Shown here: piece by piece, positions 8,050 through 15,660 of the stretch
Numbering within the stretch: position 1 is the first letter of the stretch
How the letters are laid out: each line of letters opens with the position of its first letter
Assembly (NCBI GenBank): GCA_038889235.1
Contig: JAWAHN010000001.1
Coordinates: 1,004,499 to 1,036,498 of the forward strand
Direction of reading: 5' to 3'
Origin: Candidatus Jordarchaeales archaeon
GTDB taxonomy: Archaea > Asgardarchaeota > Jordiarchaeia > Jordiarchaeales > Freyrarchaeaceae
Length of the DNA stretch: 32,000 bases
Translations under genes and position numbers: made by a program
Notes under the pieces: generated by a model
Told to the model about the DNA's origin: nothing
The model's database searches: none
Seen by the model: only the letters and a program-made list of their open reading frames with translations

Positions 8050-10722
8050 GTGTCTAGCGTGTCCTTGAGGTTTACCAAAAGAATCCACTCCATACGGTTT
8101 AGTGTGCTTTCTCCAGACGAAATAAGGCGTATGTCCGCTACACGAATAATTACGCCCGACACGTATGATGAGGACGGTACCCCCATAGAGACTGGACTTA
8201 TGGACGAACGTTTGGGGACTGTAGAACCTGGGCGGCGTTGTAAGCTTTGCGGTAACCCCATAGGTGAATGTATCGGCCACTTCGGGCATATCGAACTCGT
8301 CCGCCCGGTGATACACGTAGGCTTTGTTAAAATTCTTCATAAAGTTCTAAGAGCTACATGCCGACGTTGTTGCAGACTTCTGCTTCCAGAGGAACAGATA
8401 AACGCCTTTTTAATAGAAATGGAAAAGTACGAGGCTGAAACCGGAGAATTAAGTGACGAAATAGCTGAAGAGGTATTCCGCCGCGCATCCAGAACCACGA
8501 TATGCCCTCACTGCGGCGAAACCCAACGCAAAGTTAGGCTTGAAAAACCAACTACGTTTTATGAGGAAACAGAGACTGGATCGATAAGGCTCACGCCGAG
8601 TGATGTACGCGAACGGTGCGAACGTGTACCTGACACGGATTGCAAACTCCTCGGAATAAATCCAAAGTACGCCCGTCCTGAGTGGATGGTACTTACAGTT
8701 CTCCCCGTGCCACCGGTCTGTGTCAGACCAAGTATAACCCTTGAATCAGGTGTTCGTTCAGAAGATGATTTAACTCATAAGCTCGTCGATATAATCAGGA
8801 TAAATCAACGTTTAAGGGAGAACATAGAAGCGGGGGCTCCACAACTTATTGTTGAAGACTTATGGGAGTTGTTGCAATATCACGTAACCACTTACTTTGA
8901 CAATGAAATCTCCGGCATACCTCCAGCCCGTCATCGTTCAGGAAGAGTTCTTAGAACTCTTTCCCAGAGATTGAAAGGCAAAGAAGGGCGTTTCAGGAGC
9001 AATTTATCCGGAAAACGCGTAGACTTCTCAGCTAGGACGGTGATATCTCCTGACCCAAACATCGGGATTAATGAAGTAGGAGTGCCTATCGAGGTAGCTA
9101 AAATCCTGACCATACCCGAAAGGGTAACGGAACTCAACATCGAAGAAATGAAAGAACTTGTTATGAGAGGACCTGACGAACACCCTGGAGCAAACTACAT
9201 AATTAGAAGCGACGGGAAACGAATAGACTTGAGGTTTGTCAAAAACAGGCAAAAAGTCGCTGAAGAACTTACTCCCGGATGTATAGTTGAACGCCACCTT
9301 AACGACGGAGATATAGTACTTTTCAATAGACAACCGTCCCTCCACAGAATGAGTATCATGGCACATGAAGTTAGAGTTATGCCCTACAAGACGTTTAGGT
9401 TAAACCTCTGTGTGTGTCCACCTTACAATGCCGACTTTGATGGGGACGAGATGAACCTCCACGTACCGCAATCAGAGGAAGCTAGAGTAGAAGCATACGT
9501 ACTTATGAGAGTTCAAGAACATATCCTAAGCCCACGTTACGGAGGTCCAATCATAGGAGGGCTCCAGGACTTCATTACATCTGCATACCTTTTAACCAGA
9601 AAACAGACATTACTCACTAAAGAAGAAGCTTGTGAACTCGCTCTAGCTGCTGGAATAACCGAGCTTCCTCCACCAGCAGTAACAGAACCAGTTCCTCTTT
9701 GGACTGGAAAACAAATTTTCAGTTTGACCCTACCTAAGGGGCTTACTGCACGTTTCAAATCAAAGCTGTGCAAACACTGTGATACATGCCGCAAGGATGA
9801 GTGTCCTCACGATGCATACGTGGTAGTTATCGACGGAGTTCTTCAGAAGGGTGTCATAGACAAAGCGGCTTTCGGGGCAGGCGTCCCCGAAAGTCTTCTT
9901 CACAAAATAGCAAGAGATTTCGGCACCGATGCTGCAAGGCAATTCCTAGATTCAGTAACACGAATGTTAATCAGGTACATTACGAACAAGGGCTTCACCT
10001 TAGGTCTAGATGACATGGAAATACCTGAAGAAGCGGTTCAACGCATAAACGAAATACTAGAGGAAGGAGAGCGCAGAGTTAACGAACTAATAGAGACCTA
10101 CAGGAGAGGCGAGCTTGAAGCTTTACCGGGACGTACCATAGAAGAAAGTCTTGAAATGTTAATTATGCAAGAACTCAACAATGTTAGAGACAAAGCTGGT
10201 GAAATCGCCAGCGAATATCTAGGTCCAAACAACCATGCAGTAATAATGGCGTTGACAGGTGCACGCGGCACCATGCTTAACCTTGCAATGATGGCTGCAT
10301 GTGTAGGGCAACAATCAGTTAGAGGGCAACGTATACATAGAGGATATCGAGGAAGAACTTTACCACACTTCAAAAAAGGCGACCTGAGCGCTAAATCAAG
10401 AGGCTTTGTAGCTTCCCACTACAGGAAAGGATTAGACCCAATAGAGTTCTTCTTCCACGCGATGGGTGGACGAGAGGGCTTGGTAGACACTGCAGTAAAA
10501 ACGTCGCAATCCGGATACCTACAACGCAGGCTCATTAACGCTCTTCAAGATGTAAAGGTCGAATATGACGGCACGGTAAGAGACTCCACAGGTCGTATCA
10601 TACAATTCAAATACGGAGAAGACTTAGTTGACCCAACTAAAAGTTGGTATGGTAAAGCAGTCAACATTGACACAATAATTGATGAATACATATTGCAGCA
10701 TTCTAAATTATCCAAAAAATGA
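8050..10722 (+). CDS. rpoA1: DNA-directed RNA polymerase subunit A' (Rpo1N); start may be GTG 8059
   Basis: Has the Zn site CKLC...CIGHFGH, KGKEGRFR, NRQPSLH, catalytic YNADFDGDEMN and bridge helix GGREGLVDTAVKTSQSGY. It ends at the usual A'/A'' split. Confidence 0.98.
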   Translation: MSSVSLRFTKRIHSIRFSVLSPDEIRRMSATRIITPDTYDEDGTPIETGLMDERLGTVEPGRRCKLCGNPIGECIGHFGHIELVRPVIHVGFVKILHKVLRATCRRCCRLLLPEEQINAFLIEMEKYEAETGELSDEIAEEVFRRASRTTICPHCGETQRKVRLEKPTTFYEETETGSIRLTPSDVRERCERVPDTDCKLLGINPKYARPEWMVLTVLPVPPVCVRPSITLESGVRSEDDLTHKLVDIIRINQRLRENIEAGAPQLIVEDLWELLQYHVTTYFDNEISGIPPARHRSGRVLRTLSQRLKGKEGRFRSNLSGKRVDFSARTVISPDPNIGINEVGVPIEVAKILTIPERVTELNIEEMKELVMRGPDEHPGANYIIRSDGKRIDLRFVKNRQKVAEELTPGCIVERHLNDGDIVLFNRQPSLHRMSIMAHEVRVMPYKTFRLNLCVCPPYNADFDGDEMNLHVPQSEEARVEAYVLMRVQEHILSPRYGGPIIGGLQDFITSAYLLTRKQTLLTKEEACELALAAGITELPPPAVTEPVPLWTGKQIFSLTLPKGLTARFKSKLCKHCDTCRKDECPHDAYVVVIDGVLQKGVIDKAAFGAGVPESLLHKIARDFGTDAARQFLDSVTRMLIRYITNKGFTLGLDDMEIPEEAVQRINEILEEGERRVNELIETYRRGELEALPGRTIEESLEMLIMQELNNVRDKAGEIASEYLGPNNHAVIMALTGARGTMLNLAMMAACVGQQSVRGQRIHRGYRGRTLPHFKKGDLSAKSRGFVASHYRKGLDPIEFFFHAMGGREGLVDTAVKTSQSGYLQRRLINALQDVKVEYDGTVRDSTGRIIQFKYGEDLVDPTKSWYGKAVNIDTIIDEYILQHSKLSKK

Positions 10723-10794
10723 CAAATAAATAAAAACCTCAAAATTATTTTTCAATTAAACTTTTTCTAGTGTTGCAACGTATTTATCCGTTTG

Positions 10795-11691
10795 CTATCT
10801 TAGCTCTTTTTCAAGGGCCTGAGCTATTAGGGGGGCTACGCTAACCTGACTTACTGGGCTAGGAATAGTATCTGTGGCGATTACGTGTTCTGCTCCCGCT
10901 TTGTATATTTTCTTTAACGCGTTATCAACAAGAATAGCGTGCGTGCAAGCAGCGATTATTGTTTTGGCATGCATATTTTTGAGTAACTGAATTGTTTTTA
11001 CAAGGGTCCCTCCTGTTGAAATTATGTCATCCACTATGATAACATCTCTTCCTTGGACTTGAAGCTGGCGTACGCCTATTTCTACTTCCGTCGAACTTAT
11101 CCTCTTTTTCTCTAGAACATCGTAATCCGTGCAGAGTACTGACGCCACAACTTTTGCCCACTGTTCAGATTCTTCATCGGGCCCTATTACAAGAGGCTCT
11201 TCCATTTTGAAGTTCTTCATTATGTATTGTGCCAGCAGGGGCATAGCGGTAAGGTTCTCAGCGGGTATCTTAAATATCTCACTTACGCTCCCTACTCGGT
11301 GCAAGTGCATATCTATCGTTATAACTTTATCTGTTCCTGTCTTCTCAATAAGAGAAGCTACTGTTTTGAGACTTAATGCCTCCCCCTTGTTAAACCGTTG
11401 GTCCTGCCTCGAGTAAGGAAAATATGGTATCACACTCAATATTCTTTTAGCTCCTAAGTCCCTTAAAGCATCCACTAGGAGGAAGTACTCTATGAGGTGT
11501 TCGTCAGGGGTATGGTGCATCGAATGTATTACTGCAACATGATACCCTTCGACGTCACCTTCCACCCTAACGTATTTTTCTCCGTCGGGAAATTTCTTGT
11601 AGTCGCAATCTATGAATGGCGCCTGAAGCATTTTTGCGACCTTAAGCGCTAAGACCTGTGATGTAGAGCCTCCCACTATTGCAAGCTTCAT
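10795..11691 (-). CDS. prs: Ribose-phosphate pyrophosphokinase
   Basis: Motifs are KFPDGEKYVR, PYFPYSRQD, IDMH, IGPDEES, EKKR, IIVDDIISTGGT and ACTHA. Confidence 0.96.
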   Translation of the reverse strand: MKLAIVGGSTSQVLALKVAKMLQAPFIDCDYKKFPDGEKYVRVEGDVEGYHVAVIHSMHHTPDEHLIEYFLLVDALRDLGAKRILSVIPYFPYSRQDQRFNKGEALSLKTVASLIEKTGTDKVITIDMHLHRVGSVSEIFKIPAENLTAMPLLAQYIMKNFKMEEPLVIGPDEESEQWAKVVASVLCTDYDVLEKKRISSTEVEIGVRQLQVQGRDVIIVDDIISTGGTLVKTIQLLKNMHAKTIIAACTHAILVDNALKKIYKAGAEHVIATDTIPSPVSQVSVAPLIAQALEKELR

Positions 11692-11799
11692 TTTTATCTC
11701 CTTCCTTTACCTAAGGCTGATGAACGCTTCCTTCTTTATAAGTCATCGATATCTTTTTAAAGGTTTAACCTTAGTTAGGGGCTCTGAGGGGAGTTATGT

Positions 11800-12351
11800 T
11801 TGGCTTGGACTATTTGGCTCTTCGGTCTACCCGGCTCTGGTAAAAGCACTATTGCTCACGAGCTGCAGGCTATACTAAAGGAGCGAGGTATTAATGCGCA
11901 AATTCTCTCGACAGACATTCTAAGAAAGGTTGTAACTCCCAAACCAACATATTCGGAAGAAGAACGAGAGATCGTTTATGGCACTCTGGTCTTTATCGCC
12001 CGTTTGCTTAACGATAATGGTGTTAACGTCATAATTGATGCCACGGCTAATAGGAATGCTTACAGGGAAAGAGGAAAAAAAGAAATCAAAAACATAATTT
12101 TCGCTTATGTTAAATGCCCCCTAGAAGTTTGCATACAACGCGAAGCAACAAGGCAGGAAACTTACGGTGCACCTAGGAGAATATATGAAAAAGGTTTGAC
12201 TGGGGAGAGCAAAACCGTTCCGGGTTTAGGTGTTCCATTCGAGGAGCCTGAAAACCCGGATGTTGTTGTCGAGTCTGACAAGCTCTCCCCCAGAGAGTGC
12301 GCTTTAAAGATTCTCGACACTTTAATGAAAAGATTTTATGCATCTAACTAG
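11800..12351 (+). CDS. Adenylyl-sulfate-kinase-like P-loop kinase (substrate uncertain)
   Basis: Has Walker A GLPGSGKST, DILRK, VIIDAT, VKCPLEVCIQRE and VPGLGVPFEEPENPD. Confidence 0.85.
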   Translation: MAWTIWLFGLPGSGKSTIAHELQAILKERGINAQILSTDILRKVVTPKPTYSEEEREIVYGTLVFIARLLNDNGVNVIIDATANRNAYRERGKKEIKNIIFAYVKCPLEVCIQREATRQETYGAPRRIYEKGLTGESKTVPGLGVPFEEPENPDVVVESDKLSPRECALKILDTLMKRFYASN

Positions 12352-13430
12352 TAGCTCTTGAGATAGGAGTTCACTTCCTTTGGATTGAACTCTTCGCACT
12401 CAAGCACGTTGTTAATGAAGTTTAAGAGTTTTCTCCGTGTTTCTGGGGTAAGTGTTGGATACCATTGAGGGTGAGATATCACTGAGCCCCGCCAGGCATA
12501 AAATGGCTGAACCACTTTGAGGAGTTCTTCGTCTCCTGTTTTTTCGAGGTAATTCTCGTAAAATAGGTCGAAAAGTTTTTTAAATGGGTCTGCAAGGTGG
12601 CCGAAAGTAAGCACACTGAAGAATATGTAGTTTATAGTCATAGCGGTCACGTCGTCAGCTGGCTCTCCCCACTCACCTCTGCTTCTGTCTAAAAGCGTGA
12701 AATCCGTTCCCTCTCTAAAAAGAACGTTCCAAGGGTGGTAATCCCCGTGAACCACACTTAACCTGTGAGCACACTTTTTGAGTTTCCACCTCCACTCAAC
12801 GCACTTTTTCTCGATCCTCAGTAAGTCTTCTTCCGTCGCATACGCGGGGTTAGGGGTATATGTGTCAAGCAGCCCCATGAGCCCCTCTCCGTGACCAACT
12901 AAGTCCCTTATTCTTCTAATGTAGATGTGAGGTGCGTCCTTTTTCTCTTTATGAATTTCCACCAGGTAGTTGGAGAGGGCTATTGCTCTATCGATATCTA
13001 ACTGTCTCAATTTCTTCTCCTCAGAAAGCCTATCTAGGTCGAATTTGTACAAATTTCCCTCAGCGTACTCCATGAGAACGAAAAACTCTTCCACGTTCCC
13101 GACAGAAACTATCCCCCCTTCCCTGGTTACCCCTCCACAGTCAAAGGAGCGAACATGCCTGGGAAGCTTATTGTACGTTTGGTGAGCCAGTAAAACAACT
13201 TGTGCTCTGTCCGGCATAAATTCGTGACCATAAGGTCCAGGAACAACAAAGCTCATAACCATCTTTTTTACTTCATTCCCCACCTTCGCCTCTATGAGGC
13301 GAGGAACACCGTAGCCTACTTCCTTTATGTCCTCTTTCTCTCCACCAAGTCTCTTAACATTCAACACCTCAACACTTTTTTCAAAGACTCGAGTAAGATA
13401 TTCTTCAAGTTTCTCTTTTGAAATAGACAA
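12348..13430 (-). CDS. Aminoglycoside phosphotransferase / choline-kinase-like protein
   Basis: Has the Brenner motif VVHGDYHPWNVLF, Mg-binding LLDRS and GEWGEPADD. It is convergent with the P-loop kinase, overlapping by 4 bp. Confidence 0.88.
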   Translation of the reverse strand: MSISKEKLEEYLTRVFEKSVEVLNVKRLGGEKEDIKEVGYGVPRLIEAKVGNEVKKMVMSFVVPGPYGHEFMPDRAQVVLLAHQTYNKLPRHVRSFDCGGVTREGGIVSVGNVEEFFVLMEYAEGNLYKFDLDRLSEEKKLRQLDIDRAIALSNYLVEIHKEKKDAPHIYIRRIRDLVGHGEGLMGLLDTYTPNPAYATEEDLLRIEKKCVEWRWKLKKCAHRLSVVHGDYHPWNVLFREGTDFTLLDRSRGEWGEPADDVTAMTINYIFFSVLTFGHLADPFKKLFDLFYENYLEKTGDEELLKVVQPFYAWRGSVISHPQWYPTLTPETRRKLLNFINNVLECEEFNPKEVNSYLKSY

Positions 13431-13556
13431 TGAAACTACACCCCCTCAAAACCTGTAGTCACTTAACTCGGGTACTTTAATTGAGAAATACCTTTCGTTA
13501 AAAGCTTAATCGTTAAACGTGTGGTTTAATTTCTTCAAGAAAAGAAGAACGGAACA

Positions 13557-13571
13557 CGCAAAGTTAAAATA
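13557..13571 (+). promoter_or_regulatory. BRE/TATA promoter of the tRNA gene
   Basis: CGCAAAG followed by TTAAAATA, about 30 nt upstream of the GC-rich tRNA start. Confidence 0.6.
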
Positions 13572-13603
13572 TTGTTTTCACTCTTCAAACACTCTAGAAG
13601 GGC

Positions 13604-13813
13604 GCCCGGGTCGCCTAGAAGAATTTCTACTTTGGGCAATGGTAGGGCGGTGGAGCCCCTAAAAAAGGGCGCCGTAGCTCGAGATCTTTCCCAAAGAAAT
13701 TTGGGGGAAGATAAACCCACTGGCGGATTCCGTATGGACGCAAGCACCCGCCGCGCGCGTTCGAATGGAAAAGGGAGATTCACTCCCTCCCGGGCATCGC
13801 GCCCCGGGCGCCA
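13604..13813 (+). tRNA. tRNA-Ser(CGA) with multiple introns (four well supported, fifth probable), CCA encoded
   Basis: Removing 13619-13639, 13654-13676, 13684-13714, ~13728-13744 and 13766-13796 gives the 87-nt GCCCGGGTCGCCTAGTGGTAGGGCGGTGGGCTCGAGACCCACTGGCGGACACCCGCCGCGCGCGTTCGAATCGCGCCCCGGGCGCCA. It has a 7-bp acceptor stem, a D-arm with GG, a 5-bp anticodon stem with loop CT-CGA-GA, a long variable arm, a GCGCG-TTCGAAT-CGCGC T-arm and discriminator G73, as expected for Ser. Confidence 0.88.
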
Positions 13814-13825
13814 CCATCCTTTAAC

Positions 13826-14317
13826 TCAGTCTAGTACATATCCTAGCTTCTTTACTAGTTCTCTCCTCTCCTCTTTCTGTTTCTCGTTTTCTACTGCTGT
13901 GACACTAGTCCCATCAACGGCCCCAATAATTGCCCGCCCAAGATCAGTTTCCGCTACTAGTATTTGGACAGGGTTACCAGTTGCTACTATTATGTTGCAT
14001 ACTGCTGGGATCCTTTTAAGGGTGTTTAGCACATTGATTGGATAAGCGTTTCTGACTAAGACAACATATGCATGTGAAGCTCCTATGGCTAAAGCGTTCT
14101 TTGCAGCTAGACTCTTCAACCTCTCGTCATTTCCATTGACTCTTACGAGACGTGGTGCTGCCTCGTTCATTGCTACGCCACATTTAATTCCGGGGACTGA
14201 CGTTAGCAGCTCTCTAAAAATATTGTCGACAGTGTATATTGTAAAGTTGGCCATCCCGCAGATAAATTGATCATCCTTCTCCTTCTCTATTGGGACGACG
14301 TGAATTTTAACACTCAT
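13826..14317 (-). CDS. Adenosine-specific kinase family (PAE2307/DUF355-like) protein
   Basis: Motifs are SVPGIKCGVAMNEA, RVNGND..L..LA.KNALAIGASH, NAYPINVLN..K..P.VC.I..AT.NP and GRAIIGAVDG. An AGGTGA RBS precedes ATG 14317. Confidence 0.85.
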   Translation of the reverse strand: MSVKIHVVPIEKEKDDQFICGMANFTIYTVDNIFRELLTSVPGIKCGVAMNEAAPRLVRVNGNDERLKSLAAKNALAIGASHAYVVLVRNAYPINVLNTLKRIPAVCNIIVATGNPVQILVAETDLGRAIIGAVDGTSVTAVENEKQKEERRELVKKLGYVLD

Positions 14318-14391
14318 GCCCAATCACCTTAAATCAGGTTCGCTGGTACCTTTTCTTAATCTTTTTGGTTTTCCGCCTTCACTTTCAAGTT

Positions 14392-15660
14392 TTAGACCGA
14401 AATTTTCGCTGAAAACGGTTCTCCAAGCAGTTTTTCTGAAGCTTTAGCGACAACTTCTCTATACTTTTCGTCCGTGTAAACTCTTATAATATTCAAAAAT
14501 CCCTTCATTACTGACACTATGTTCGACACATCTTCTAACCGTAGTACCCTCTTTCTTCCGTCCTTCCCTCTTTGAACTATCGGCAAGTTTGCAGCGTCCT
14601 CATCCATAGTCCTGTGGTAGGGAACCGACGGCAAAGTCGGCACATCTATATAAACGTTTTCCACGTCAACGCCGGCTTCCTCCGCTATTTCCTCTTCAAG
14701 CCGTCTTTTAATCGCTTCTTTGGTCATAATTGCTGAAAAAACTCCGTTCCTCACGAAAAATATCTTTTCATAGGACACTTTTGGTAAATCTCGCATCTTG
14801 AGCCTCTCGATGTAAGGCTTAGATCCTTTACATTGAAGCATAAGCCCCCACACAGAGTAGTCATCATAGTTTAAGTACTCCTGAGGGCTCACCTTTACTA
14901 TGTTTATCTCCTCATTAACTTTCTCCAGTCCTTTTTCCAAAAGAATTTGGGCAGCTCTAGACGCTTTATGAAAGTATATGCTCCTAAAAAGCTCAACCCT
15001 GGCCACAAGGAAGGATTCTAAAGTTGGTAGCGCCACTAAGTCTACCGCTAGATTTCCTTCGTGAAGGTCTATGGTGTGTATTAAGCGAAAGACGTCAATG
15101 GAGGCGAACTCTCCCCCAGTGTGGTAGGAGTCTCTCAGAATATAGTCGAGCTTGTCGCAATCAATCGAGCTAGAAATTATTTGACTTAAAAACTCTTTAT
15201 GCTTCTTCTGTAGTTTACCTACGGCTAGAAGTGCTACGTCTTTAGCGTTTAATCCAATCGACTCTACAGCGTCTTTGAGTGAAGTTTGCGTAATTATTTC
15301 CATAGTAATGTCTTCATGTGTCTTTTTAAGGTGCCTAATAAGCAGCGCTTCAAACACATGGCTGAATGGACCATGCCCCACATCGTGAAGCAGCCCAGCT
15401 ATTTTAATCATTTCTACAGCGTCGCTTTCTAAATACCCCTTACTCACTAAGGACTCGGCCATTAAATTTGAAAGGTGCATTACACCGAGGGAGTGTTCAA
15501 ACCGTGTATGGACTCCCGCAGGGTAAACAAATTCGCTTCCAGCTAACTGCCTTATTCTACGCAATCTTTGGACAGCTTCTGTATCTATCACCTTTACTTC
15601 TTCGAAATCGCATTGAATGTAACCATAAATGGGATCTTTGATCAGGATTTTTTTCTTCAC
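14392..15660 (-). CDS. HD-superfamily phosphohydrolase (COG1078, SAMHD1/dNTP triphosphohydrolase-like)
   Basis: Motifs are KDPIYGYI, QRLRRIRQL, HTRFEHSLGV, LLHDVGHGPFSH and DCDKLDYILRD. Confidence 0.92.
   Translation of the reverse strand: MKKKILIKDPIYGYIQCDFEEVKVIDTEAVQRLRRIRQLAGSEFVYPAGVHTRFEHSLGVMHLSNLMAESLVSKGYLESDAVEMIKIAGLLHDVGHGPFSHVFEALLIRHLKKTHEDITMEIITQTSLKDAVESIGLNAKDVALLAVGKLQKKHKEFLSQIISSSIDCDKLDYILRDSYHTGGEFASIDVFRLIHTIDLHEGNLAVDLVALPTLESFLVARVELFRSIYFHKASRAAQILLEKGLEKVNEEINIVKVSPQEYLNYDDYSVWGLMLQCKGSKPYIERLKMRDLPKVSYEKIFFVRNGVFSAIMTKEAIKRRLEEEIAEEAGVDVENVYIDVPTLPSVPYHRTMDEDAANLPIVQRGKDGRKRVLRLEDVSNIVSVMKGFLNIIRVYTDEKYREVVAKASEKLLGEPFSAKISV

Noticed and set aside
11800-12351. 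Naming the kinase cysC
   Set aside because: The fold is similar, but there is no sulfate-activation context, so the substrate cannot be supported from sequence alone.
13599-13816. The GC-rich locus as SRP RNA, RNase P RNA, tmRNA or tRNA-Sec
   Set aside because: I find no SRP helix-8 motif and no RNase P P4 consensus. The acceptor stem is 7 bp and the anticodon is CGA rather than UCA. The tRNA-Ser plus BHB intron model explains nearly every base.
13535-14045. ORF-track entries 13572..14045 (+) and 13535..13783 (-)
   Set aside because: They overlap the intron-rich tRNA and the antisense strand of the adenosine-kinase-like gene, and their low-complexity Arg/Ser/Pro-rich translations are typical of shadow ORFs.
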